From Chiloscyllium plagiosum (taxonomy: Eukaryota): a DNA stretch of 48,333 nucleotides. The notes beneath the pieces were generated by a model. It worked only from the letters and a program-made list of their open reading frames with translations, was not told where the DNA came from and did no database searches. The stretch is taken from NCBI RefSeq assembly GCF_004010195.1, contig NC_057720.1, forward strand, positions 13,361,241 through 13,409,573. Direction: 5' to 3'. Of this stretch, positions 35,827 to 46,707 are shown piece after piece (the first letter of the stretch is position 1; each line of letters begins with the position of its first letter). Made by a program: the position numbers and the translations under genes.

Positions 35827-37682
35827 GATGTGCCATTCAATGGATATTCACACTCACAATATATCTAGACAAATGCAAAATACATTCCTACGAACATGCG
35901 TTCATGTCCATATGCTATAGATCATGCACATACAAAATAGAGACACTTTTCCCTTAATAGGCGTAGTGTTCCACCATTATCTCTGTTAAAATGCTATGCA
36001 AATGTCTACCAGAATTCCAACCCACGGTCACAGCAGTAGACAACGCTGCACAATTTACTTATGTGTTACAAAGTTGCCTTCCTTCCACTTTACTTCAAAA
36101 GACTGGAAACGCCGACAATGTGTCTTCTGTTAGTGGCTTTTGTTTTACTGCACATTATGCGTGCTTTTATCCCACGCACATGCCTTCGTGTTTTATACTG
36201 ATTCCAATTGCCTGCTTTCACTGTAAAGCTAATCCAGGGGATTGTATTTCGATACATGTGGTCCGAGGCTTGCTCGGGATTCATTGAAAGCAGCTGTGGT
36301 ATCCGGTGTTGGGGCAGCTCACTGAAGATGAGGAGCATGTCTCAGCACACAGACGCCCAACGCAAGGTCAAAACAAAACCTGTCGCTTGGATGGTAATGG
36401 ACACTAGCCCAGTCTGTGGTACAAGCACCTGGAGACAGCCTCATGACTTGATCAAGAGTTCATTATGTCCTGACCAGAGCGGGAGAGAGGAAGAAAAACA
36501 GCCTGGGTCCCTTAGATTTGCAGCAGCTAACTATTAGTTGCAGCTGTTTCAACAATAAACCACTTGAAATACAACCTTGCTGAATTAATAAAATTTGTAG
36601 CGGTGCGAGACGTATGATCTCAGATAATTTTTATTGTGCAAGCTGCTGTTTTGAGAGGATATTACACCCTGCATGAAACAACAGCTGAGGAATGTAAATC
36701 ATTTGGAGCCCTTGGTATATTAAAATTAAATTTAAAAAGCTGCCAGTATCTGATTAGCCTTAACGTATAGACTGATGCTGGTAACAAATCATAAGCCATT
36801 AGCAATATTACGTTGCGAGATGTTTTGTTTCACTCAGTACCAAAGCCATAACATGTGCGTTAAATTGGCTCCATAGAGACCATTCTGTTTAAAAAAAATT
36901 ACATTTGGTTATTAATAAATCTCTGTCCTGGAAGAACAAATATCACTGTCAAGATGTATAGTGATTCGAGACATCAGTTCTTTAATGCTTTATAAATGAA
37001 ATATCATTATTTAGAGCCATGATTAATTTCCTTGATGTGACTGTCTAAGACATTCCTGGACTACATACCACATCTTTGAAAGAAATGTAATCAGTTTTAT
37101 TCATAAATTGATCTTTGTCAGCATGAGGCATTATGTAGTATTAGTAATTAAATGGAAAGCATGCTTTAAAGGTGAGTAATGTATTTGAAGATTAGCACAA
37201 GCATTCAATGAGTAAGATTCAGGCGCATTAGTTACCAATGGTCAGTGCAGTGTGTTACATTATTCCATAGCAGCCATCAACTTCAACTTGAGTGCTAGCA
37301 AAAAGATCTGAAAACCCAAACAGCAAAATATTTTGCAGCACATTCTCCAGCCTGTGCTGGACTGTAATTATTATTCTGCAATCCAAGATGGCGCTGGAAC
37401 GTGGCGACATTATCCACTTTTCACTGTGCCTGGATACAAGTGACAATACTTTAAATAAATAACTCTACTGACTTCCTCTTTGTCAAATACTTCCAGCGGA
37501 GAAAGAATCAGTATAGTATGATTAAAGCATTTGCTTTCCCAGGAAAATTTAGAATTTACAACAAAAATGGGTTAAGACAGCCTTCATCAGGAATGGGATG
37601 ATCTGTCTGTTTTTGCACCCAGTATTTGTCCCTCCTTCCTCTTTTTCAGGAGTCTTGACATTTAATTAGGCTTCTATAGAGG

Positions 37683-37871
37683 ATGCTGGAAGAGCACAGC
37701 ACTTCAGGCAGCATCCGAGGAGCAGGAGAATCAATGTTTCGGGCATAAGCCCTTCATCAGGATGGGCTTATGCCCGAAATGTCAATTATCCTGCTCCAGC
37801 CTGACCTGCTGTGCTTTTCCAGCATCATATTCTCGACGCTGACTTCCAGCATCGGCAGTTCTCACTTTCAC
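37683..37871 (+). mobile_element. Family A fold-back palindrome
   Basis: ...gggcataagcccttcatcagga-t-gggcttatgcccgaaa...; the minus arm keeps CTGATGA...GAAA. TSD cttctataNNggatg at 37671-37685 and 37872-37886. Confidence 0.85.
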
Positions 37872-37939
37872 CTTCTATATGGGATGGTTCAATTTGCATT
37901 AAATGTCCAAGTATCAACTTTGGCAGTCTCTGACCAAAG

Positions 37940-38232
37940 GGTGTGTGGGGCATAGGTGTAGAGTGAGACGGAAAAGATTCAAAAGAGACCTAAGGGACAA
38001 ATTGCTCACACAGAAGGCAGTACGTGTATGGAATGAGCTGCCAGAGGAAATGGTGGAGGCTGGTACAATTACAGCATTTAAAAGGCATCTGGATGGGTAC
38101 ATGAATAGGAAGGGTTTAGAGGGATATGGGACAATTGTTGGCAAATGGGACTAGATTTATTTAGAATATCTGGTCGGCGTGGACGAGTTGGACCGGAGGA
38201 TCTGTTTCCATGCTGTATATCTCTATGACGAT
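37940..38232 (+). mobile_element. HER1/CR1 3' end
   Basis: Peptide VWNELPEEMVEAGTITAFKRHLDGYMNRKGLEGYG; closely similar to 5330-5580. Confidence 0.9.
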
Positions 38233-38744
38233 GACTGCATAACCAAACTAAAGGGGCTCGTTGTCTTCTCACCCCAATGTCAGTTTGTTAAAGATAGATT
38301 TCCTTGACATAAATTCCTGGCCCAAAGTTTAGAGGAAATTTTAATGGCCTTGGAAAGTTGGGGGAAAGGAACCAAGGTTCTGCTTTCATTTTGTGCCTTG
38401 TATTTCCATCACTGAAGTGCAAATTAAACAGGAAAGGGCTTTCCCCGGTTCCTGTCTGGTTTTCCTGAAGAAACACTGTAAAGCACCGAGCACAAGAACA
38501 CCGGGTGGAACATGGGGTGCTGCGGCTGCCCCTGAACCTCAGCCTCCCAGAGTTTGGGGATCCTCAACAGGAGAGGGAGGTTGACCCACTGAAAAAGATT
38601 TTACTGGTGTAACGTAACATTCCATGCAACAGGGGCAGTACAACAAATCCATCCAGGTGCCTCTGGATAGGTTCAGCAACCTTCCCTAGCCCGACACTCA
38701 TGTCCCATAATGTGAAATCTGCTGTACACTGTTTAAAAATCAAG

Positions 38745-39310
38745 CTTCATCTATTTTAAACATATGAGGTGAAATTCTTTATCTCTCGGAGGGTTCCAAG
38801 TCTTTGCGATTCTCTTCTGACAAGTTGGTGGAGGCAGAGTCCTTGAATATCTTTAAGGCAGTATTACAATCGCTACGGTGCAGAAAGAGAGCATTTGGTA
38901 CGTCGTGTCTGCAAAAACCCTCCAAAGAGCAACCCACCCAGACTCCCTACCTCTGTGACCACACAGCTAATACACTTAGCACATCCCTGGACACTACAGG
39001 GCAATTTAGATTGGCAAAGCAACCCAACTTGCACATCTTTGGACTGTGGGAGATAACCAAAGCACTCAGAGGAAGTCCACACAGAACTGGGGAGAACATG
39101 CAAACTCCACACAAACAGTCACCTGAAGATGAAATTGAACCCGGTCCTTTGCACTGTGAGCTAACCGCTCCAGATTAGACAGATCCTTGCTCAGCAAGGG
39201 AGCTTATCGGGGTAGATAGGAATGTGGGTTTGAGAATAAATCAGATGAGCCATGATTGATTAAATGGTAGAGTAGGTTCAAGGGACCGAATGGCCTCCTT
39301 CTGATCCATG
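38745..39310 (+). mobile_element. CR1 3' fragment split by an HE1 SINE
   Basis: gtggaggcagagtccttgaatatctttaaggcag resumes at tagacagatccttg...gggaccgaatggcctcc. Confidence 0.75.
38862..39170 (-). mobile_element. HE1-type SINE (older, diverged)
   Basis: gggcaatttagattggc...tgcacatctttggactgtggg...caaactccacac. Confidence 0.85.
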
Positions 39311-39518
39311 CTTGGATGTTGATATGCTCTTGAGGGCATGTGTCAGATGAGCACCAGTTTTCATTGGTCCTTCCATTGCTTGAACCTGCCAATGGACAGC
39401 AATGTTTTGTTGGGAAAGGTTGAAAATAATTGTCCTTGACGCAATTTGAATCCTGTATATCTTCACAAGTTCATTATAGCGAAGGGGCAACTCTCTAATA
39501 TTCTTGATAAATAATTCC

Positions 39519-40058
39519 AGAAGTCACACAACACCAGGTTATAATCCAACAGGTTTATTTGAAATTGCAAGCTTTTGAAGTGCTGGTCCTTCAGCAGATA
39601 AAGCGGAGGAAAGTGCACAGGCACAAGCCTAATGAAGGAGCAGCCCTCCGAAAGCTTGTGATTTCAAATAAACCTATTTAGATTAGATTGTTTAATGGAA
39701 ACATGCCCTTCAGCCCAACAAGTCCACACCGACCCGCCGAAGCGCAACCCACCCATTACCCTACATTTACCCCTTTACCTAACACTACGGGCAATTTAGC
39801 ATGGCCAATTCACCTGACCTGCAGGTCTTTGGAGTGTGGAAGAAAACCGGAGCACCCGGAGGAAACCCACGCAGACACGGGGAGAATGTGCAAACTCCAC
39901 ACAGTCAGTCGCCTGAGTCAGGAATTGAACCCGGGTCTCTGGCGTTGTGAGGCAGCAGTGCTAACCACTGTGCCGCCGTGCCGCCCAGTTGAACTATAAC
40001 CTGGTGTCGTGTGACTTCTGACTTTGTCCACCCCAGTTTAAGACTAGCACCTCCACAT
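39519..40058 (+). mobile_element. Family B palindromic element split by an HE1 SINE
   Basis: Inverted ends agaagtcacacaacaccaggttata / tataacctggtgtcgtgtgacttct. Hammerhead variant CTAATGAaggagcagccctccGAAAgctt at about 39629-39658. Confidence 0.85.
39677..39987 (-). mobile_element. HE1-type SINE, CpG-rich (young)
   Basis: Retains CpGs (ccgg, cacgg, gccgccgtgccgccc) and interrupts aataaacct|gttgaactataac. Confidence 0.92.
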
Positions 40059-40416
40059 AGACTTCATAGAATCCCTACAGTGTGGAAACAGGCCCTTTGA
40101 CCCAACAAGTCCACACCGATCCTCTGAAGAGTATCTCACCCAAACACATTCCCCTACCCTATTACTCTACATTTACCCCTGACTAATGTACCTAACCTAC
40201 ACATCCCTGAACCCTATGGGCAATTTAGCATGGCCAATTCACCCAGCCTGCACATCTGTGGATTGTGGGAGGAAACTGGAACAGTGGAAGGAAACCCACG
40301 CAGACACGAGGAAAATGTGCAAACTCCACAAGACAGTCGCCCGAGGCTGGAATCGAACCTGGGTCCCTGGCGCTGTGAGGCAATAATGCGAACCCCCACT
40401 GAGTCACCATGCCATC
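40058..40416 (-). mobile_element. HE1-type SINE
   Basis: Full head, core and tail. Confidence 0.92.
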
Positions 40417-40491
40417 ATAAATAGCTCCAGCTATTGCTTTCTATCAGATTCTAACAGTTCCTACCTCACTGAATTGGCAAGGGAAAAGAAT

Positions 40492-40690
40492 AGAGCTGAA
40501 AATGTGTTGCTGGAAAAGCGCAGCAGGTCAGGCAGCATCCAGGGAACAGGAGAATCGACGTTTCGGGCATAAGAGCTTATGCCCGAAACGTCGATTCTCC
40601 TGTTCCCTGGATGCTGCCTGACCTGCTGCGCTTTTCCAGCAACACATTTTCAGCTCTGATCTCCAGCATCTGCAGACCTCTCTTTCTCCT
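40492..40690 (+). mobile_element. Family A perfect fold-back palindrome
   Basis: Perfect 82-bp arms (40492-40573 and 40576-40657). Perfect 15-bp TSD caagggaaaagaata at 40478-40492 and 40691-40705. Confidence 0.95.
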
Positions 40691-40879
40691 CAAGGGAAAA
40701 GAATAAGTCACCAAGTGACTGAAATGTGCAAGGAACCCAAGCTCTTGACGTCACTTCGCTGGATAGCTATAATACCAGAGGGCTAGAGTAAAGAAGGAAT
40801 TAATTGGGAAGGCTAACCACTGCCAGACAGCTTACAAAGGAGTTTGTTGGACTAAGAAAAGAACAATCCGTTCATATCT

Positions 40880-41175
40880 TGGGATGCCTAAATATTATGT
40901 TTGGTGAATTGCAATGCGCTGACACCAAAATTGCAACTGAAGAGGAAACAAGAGGCACCTGGAGCTGTTTGAGTTATGATGCTGGAAATGAGTCGAAGAA
41001 GAATTTAACAAATGAGGTGGTCCTGGAGTTAGAACAAGAGCAGGATGAGTGATGAGGCTGATTACGATGAGAAAAATAACACAGTCTGGGCCACATCATT
41101 CAGGAATTAGAAGCAATGAGATTGGATTCAGTACTAGCTGGGAATGTTACTGGGAATAGATCAGGAGAGGAACAA
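40880..41175 (+). mobile_element. Ancient RTE-clade LINE C-terminal remnant
   Basis: Ordered remnants LELFEL*CWK, TNEVVLE, LGHII and GNVTGNRS(G)RG resemble the RTE motifs FEMWC, TNEEVL, GHI and G..RGRP. Confidence 0.5.
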
Positions 41176-41189
41176 TTAACATAGCTCGG

Positions 41190-41405
41190 TACAAAAACAG
41201 AAATTGCTGGAAAAGCTCAGCGGGTCTGGCAGCATCTGTGGAGAGAAATCGGAGTTAACTTTTACTGAACTTCTTTGGGTTCTGAGGAAGGGTCACTCAA
41301 TCTGAAATATTAACTCTGATTTCTCTCCACAGATGCTGCCAGACCTGCTGAGACTTTCCAGCAATTTCTGTTTTTGTTTCTGATTTACAGCATCTTTCAG
41401 TTTTT
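41190..41405 (+). mobile_element. Family C fold-back palindrome with decayed hammerhead
   Basis: Arms aaaaacagaaattgctggaaa...ctgtggagagaaatc / gatttctctccacag...tttccagcaatttctgttttt; centre CTGAGGAagggtc...tGAAAtatt. Possible TSD attaac[a/g]tag[c/t]tc. Confidence 0.85.
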
Positions 41406-41639
41406 ATTAACGTAGTTCAATGAGGCTTTGCATTGGACAAGTATGTTATCAAGGTAGATACAATCTATCTGCACAGACACCAGACAGTATGGAGTGCTGT
41501 GAATCTACAGGGAAAATACAATGGGAATATCTTCGAACAGCTACTGATCCACTACCTAACTTTGCTGGAAATGGCATAATTGTAACTGGTATCCTTGGTG
41601 TGTTAATGAGAGATACAGTGCAGAAGTGATGTTTCTGTT

Positions 41640-41845
41640 ATGTGGGTTTGGCACCTCTTTGAGTAGCTTTGTGGTGGTAGAACTAGGTTCCATGAGCCAT
41701 TTTAAGGCAGAGGTAGATTGATTCTTGGTGAGCAAGTGGTTGAAAGGTTATCGGGCGAACTGGGAATGTGGGTTTAACATGATCTTATCGAATGGCAGAG
41801 CATGCTCAAGGGGCCGAATAGCCTACTTCTACTCTTTGTTTGTAT
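41640..41845 (+). mobile_element. CR1 3' fragment
   Basis: tttaaggcagaggtagattgattcttg...gggccgaatagcctac. Confidence 0.75.
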
Positions 41846-42054
41846 AATCAGCATTCAAGGTGTACAGACAGATTTTTGGATAGGCTTGGGCATGCTGCAT
41901 ATCTGTCAATGCTACAGACTTGACTGGAAGTTGTTCTGTGCAAAATCACGGCCGATGGAGAGATAGAGATGTCAAGGCCCTACCTCTATTATCCACAACC
42001 AATCCCATTCAACTCATGGGGATGCCAGACACCAGTCAACTGAGTGAAGATTAC

Positions 42055-42120
42055 AGTGATGCTGGAAAAGCACAGCAGGCCAGGCAGCATTCGAGGAGCA
42101 GGAAAATCGACGTTTTGCCC
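42055..42120 (-). mobile_element. Family A arm fragment
   Basis: gctggaaaagcacagcaggccaggcagcattcgaggagcaggaaaatcgacgtttt. Confidence 0.8.
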
Positions 42121-42151
42121 TTCCCGATGAAGGCTAGAATGAAAAGTGGAA

Positions 42152-42436
42152 GGGCAGCACAGTGGCTCAATGGTTAGTACTGTTGCTTCACAATGCCAGG
42201 GACCTGGGTTCGATTCCAGCCTCGGGCAACTGTGTGTGTGGAATTTGTACATTTTCCCCGTGTCTGCATGGGTTTTCATTGGGTGCTCCTGTTTCCTCCC
42301 ACAATCCAAAGATGTGCAGGTTAGATGAATTGGCCAGGGATAAATATAGGATAATACGGTAGGGGAATGGGTCTGGGAGGGTTACTCTTTGGACAGTCGG
42401 GTTGAAGGACCTGTTTCCACACTGTAGGGATTCTTT
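42152..42436 (+). mobile_element. HE1-type SINE
   Basis: A box tggctcaatgg, B box ggttcgattcc (42207-42217), tail cctgtttccacactgtagggattc. Confidence 0.92.
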
Positions 42437-42479
42437 GACTGGCTTTAGTAGGACTTGGAATTCAAAGGTAGGGAGTAGG

Positions 42480-43080
42480 ATGTGCTTGAACATAACAGTA
42501 GTTGCAGAAATGCAAATTGGAGGCTAAGGCTGGATAGTTCAATGTTCCAAGTGCAGTTGTAAATGCAGTGGAAGTTAGTATTTTCTCCAGGGTTAGATAC
42601 AGAAGGAAGTAACACTGAGAAGTCGAAAGTGCATGGGATAAGGCCTGATGTTACTGATACAACAGCTAGTCCACATGAGATGGCAAGATTAAGGAGGAGA
42701 TGGTGAAAATGAGTTGGAGAGTTTACATGGAGTGAGAGATCAAGGAAGGGTAAAAGACCAGTGAATTCAGAGGAGAGAAAGCTGGATGAGTGTGAAATCA
42801 CAGAAAATGAGAATTTGTTCAGGTCAGAGGCCAGGGCAGGAAAGAAGTAAAGATATCTTGGTAAGGAAGGTTTTATTGTATTTGGGGTGGACAGTAGGGG
42901 TTAAGGGTTTTAAGTGAAAGGTAAGTTGGACACATGGAACAAGGTAGAGATGTTAAAAGAGCAAAAAGTGACAGATAAATAAAGGATCAGACAAAGGTAC
43001 AGTGTGGATGTAGACAAGATGTGGCACTTTGCTGGGAAGGCCTAGAAACAGGGAACACAACCAGAACTAATATCAGCCAA
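42480..43080 (-). mobile_element. Old L2-type LINE endonuclease remnant
   Basis: Peptide SSEFTGLLPFLDLSLHVNSPTHFHHLLLNLAISCGL resembles the APE HV..PTH..G..LDL motif. Confidence 0.55.
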
Positions 43081-43994
43081 TCCAATTGACTGGCAGTCCT
43101 TTAAGCTGGGAGCTTTTCTTCCCTGAATGAGGTGGGCAGCAGTTTTGCCTGAAAGCAATGGCCACACTTCCTAACATGAACTGCTGGGATCTTGGCCAGG
43201 TCCATCCTTGAAATTTGAGATTCTAGAGGAAGAAGCCTTTTTTTCAGTTTGCAAACTTCACAACCATTTCTTAATATTCCAAGTATAAGCTGTAGGATAA
43301 CCTGGTCATACAGGATTAGCAATTTGAGGGTTCTCTTGTGTTGTGGTGTTATAGCTGCTGGAAACTGTTTATTTCCAAAGGATGCATACATTTGGCAAAG
43401 TAAGCAAGCTTGTATCTAATTCATCTGGACTGACTTTGGGCTCGATTCCAGAATTTGAACACAAATGCCTATACCATTGTACCCCACAATGGCACCTCGT
43501 GCAGCTGTTTAACTTTTCAGCCAATGTATTGGTTCCACTTGTTCCTTGGGCATCTTTAGCTTGTTAAAACTAACCATGAGGCAGTTTCTACTGATGGTCA
43601 AAAGAAAGAACTGTTGTGGGTCATGTTTCAAACATCCACATAGAGTACATTGGAGAGCAATGCTTCGCCAGCTAAGGTCATGGAGCCATGTTGTTCCACC
43701 ATGCCCTTTCAAAGGGGTCTGCAAAACCCCTTTGCAGTAATGGCCTGAGGTGGGTTTGATATAAGGGCTGGGGGAGGGGGGTAGGTGGGAGTGACAACAG
43801 AGTGTCACATTGGGTGGGTATCTGTCTTACCAGGGTGGGAAGTGATCATACAGGAATAAGAAAATTGGTACAAACATTGCCAGATAGACCCACAATTCCT
43901 AAGGATTGTCATGGGTGCCAAGCACATTCAAGATGTCAAGCATTATAAAATCATTGTACACATTCAGTGCTTTCATGTTGACAGTCATTCAGTG

Positions 43995-44175
43995 GTACAA
44001 GACTTGAATGTTGCTGTAAAAAGAGTCATGTTGCCAACATGTTTTGGTTTATACACATCAGGACCAATGCAAGAATGCCAAATTTCAAACAGTCCTCACA
44101 AGTTATACTGCAGGAGAAAAACTTGTGAATTGCTTTGGAAGCCAACTCTAATTGGCTAAGTTGTTGTCATGGGAA
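43995..44175 (-). mobile_element. PLE-type family D 3' end, degenerate
   Basis: Minus strand gcattggtcCTGATGtgtataaaccAAAAcatgttggcaacatgactctttttacagcaa resembles 23670-23735. Confidence 0.55.
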
Positions 44176-44404
44176 AAAAATGAATCACTGCTTGAACATA
44201 TTTTTCTTAGATTGCAAAGAATAGATAGTTGTGTATGAATAGATGTGGTTTCTCACACTTTTATATTGTGAGTTTTATCAATTAGATTGGGAGCAGTCTG
44301 AGATTGTGAATATAGCTAATAAACTAAAAGAATTGGAAAACCAATGCTATCGGGCAATGAAATGAAATCGACACTGTCCAACTATTGGATATTATTCTTA
44401 AAGT

Positions 44405-45330
44405 AAGAAAGATTTACATTTATAAAGCACTCTCATGACCCCAGAATATCTCAAAGAGCTTTGTTTTGAAATGTATTCACTGTTATATTGTGGGAATCAC
44501 AGCTACCAATTTACTCACAGCAAGCTCCCATATATAACAATGAAGTTTTTACAATAATTATTAGATTGGATGTGACATCACTGGCGGGACCAGTCCCTTG
44601 TATGGAATGGCTTGCTAGGCCATTTCAGGGGCCAATTAGGAATTGGCCATAAAGCTGTGGCCAGATCAGGTAAGTATGGCAGATTTTATTCCTTGAAGGT
44701 CATTAGTGAGCCAGATTGAATTTTATAACAATTAGCAATGGTTAATGGTTACCGTTAGATAACTTTTTCCATGTTCGAGATTTTATTGCATTTAATTGTC
44801 ACCACGTACTCTCAGGGAGATTTGAACCCAAGTCCCCATGGGGTCTGAGACTATAGATTACCAGTCCAGAAACACAGCCACTACATCACTACCTGGTCAA
44901 ATGAACACAAAGTCTGCTATTGCAATTAAACATAAAAATTGCTGGAAATACTCAGCACACCTGACAGCGTCCAATGAAAGGAACAGTCAACATTTCAGAT
45001 CAATGAACTAAAAACTGAAATGCCGATGGTGTCATAATTTTCTGAGCATCTCTAATACTTGCATTTTTATTTCAGATTTACAGTATCCATAACATTTTGA
45101 TTTCATTGCTTTTTTTTACATTGATTAAGGGAAATGTCAGTTGGGACACATTTCTCCAGTCTTGCTTGAAATAATGCCGTAGGATCCCTTACATCCAACT
45201 GAAGGGCCAGGTGGAGCATCGGTTTAATGCATTATCCAAAGGATGCACCTCTGACAGTGCAGCATTCCTTCAGCACTGTCCTGAATGTCTGCCTTAATTT
45301 TGTGCTCAAGGCCTAGAGCAGGCCCTGATT
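44405..45330 (-). mobile_element. DeuSINE (SacSINE1-like) with nested SINE family 2 (about 44565-44890) and a family C palindrome (about 44925-45100)
   Basis: Tail agatttacatttataaagcactctcatgacc; Deu region cggtttaatgcattatccaaaggatgcacctctgacagtgcagcattcc. Confidence 0.7.
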
Positions 45331-45511
45331 GTGGAACATTGTGATTCAGCATTGACAGCTGACACAATAAAAAAAAGTAAAGATAATACTAAACATGTTC
45401 AGCAGGGTGATTTAGACCTGAAAAGAAAACAATTTCAAATACAATTTTGTAACTGAATGAGCCAATGCGCAATGAAACATTTTTTCATGTTTGCTGATGA
45501 GATGCATTCAA

Positions 45512-45630
45512 TAGGACAGCAGCAGAAGTAGGCCATTTGACCCATCAACCCTGCTTGCTCTTTAAACAGATCATAGCTGATCATCCACCTCTATGTCACC
45601 TTGCTCCACCATCCCCATATCCCTTGCTAT
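45512..45630 (-). mobile_element. CR1 3' UTR fragment
   Basis: gcagaagtaggccatttgaccc...gatcatagctgatcatcc. Confidence 0.75.
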
Positions 45631-46107
45631 TATTAGCAATGGGAAAGAGCAGCACTGAGACATAATGTAATCTCTTATCTTTTAGATGCAGTTCCAACAA
45701 TGTTTCCTGCATGAATCGAAAATAATCTTCAGAGTATTTTCTGGTTAAAAGGTGACCCAATCGAAAGGAGACCATCATGGTGATCTCTTGTGAGGGGGCA
45801 GTGGGGAAATGAGCTAATGGTATCATATTAAAGAAGAGTTTGCTCCAATATGTAAATGGTTTTTATGTCATCCCATAAGGATTCCTTTGACCTAAACCCA
45901 GCTAAGGCTTTAAATAAACATTTAAAACTAATGAAAATAGGTTGACATCAACATGTGTGACTTCAGCAGGAGATCTGTGCTCTGCTGGAGAGAGGTGATG
46001 CTGGGTTAAGCACCATGTGGTTTTCACTTGCATAAAATAGGCTCAGGTTTTGTCTCTGTTTCAGAAGATAGTTTGTTCAACAATTGAACAATGACCACAC
46101 TGAAAGG

Positions 46108-46448
46108 GGAGGCAATGACTGTGGCATTATCGCTAGACGTTTTAACCCAGAAACTCATCAAGGGATCCGGGTTCAAATCCCACCATGGCAGATGATGGAA
46201 TTTGAATTCAATAAAGGATTTCAAATTAAGTATCTACTGATGACTGTGAAACCATTGTTGATTGCTGGGAAAGCCCATCTGGTTCACTAATGCCCTTTAG
46301 GGAAGGAAATCTGCCATCTTTAACTGGTCTGGCTTACATGTGACTCCAGGCCCACAGCAATGTGGTTCACGCTTAACAATGAGGGATTGGCAATAAGCAC
46401 TGATCTGGCCAGTGATACCCACATCTTATAAGTGAATTTTTAAAAAAA
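46108..46448 (+). mobile_element. tRNA-derived SINE family 2, near complete
   Basis: B box ggttcaaatcc, body ccatctggttcactaatgccctttagggaaggaaatctgcc, LINE-shared tail. Confidence 0.85.
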
Positions 46449-46499
46449 ATCAATGGCTTCTGGACTTCTGATTGTAGATTCTGTGGTTGCTCCATATAC

Positions 46500-46635
46500 A
46501 AGCACAAGGTACAGGAGCACGGGTAGGCCATTCAGCCCTCAATCCTGTGCCAGTATTCAGTAAAATCAATAGCTGATGTGATTGTGGCATCCTGTCTGCC
46601 CCCAATAACCTTTGACTCTCTTCTCAATCAATAAC
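46500..46635 (-). mobile_element. CR1 3' UTR fragment
   Basis: acaggagcacgggtaggccattcagccctc. Confidence 0.65.
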
Positions 46636-46707
46636 TTGATTCAGAAGACAACAGAGGCAATGATGAGCTTGGCATTGATCTGACTGATCTACCTACATGA
46701 GTTCGGT

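Noticed and set aside
36208..36537. 109-aa plus ORF and a strong minus-strand acceptor near 36470
   Set aside because: No recognisable domain; all minus frames stop within about 10 codons of the acceptor.
38470..38612. GC-richer frame VEHGVLRLPLNLSLPEFGDPQQEREVDPLKKILLV
   Set aside because: Short, no convincing splice or start context, no recognised homology.
18451..40690. Interpreting the palindromes as DNA-transposon MITEs, terminators or CRISPR repeats
   Set aside because: Arms are asymmetric, TSDs are long and variable, and the sequence equals PLE 3' ends. There is no repeat-spacer array and the DNA is eukaryotic.
8304..46200. tRNA-like A/B boxes as true tRNA genes
   Set aside because: All are SINE heads followed by SINE bodies; no complete cloverleaf was seen.
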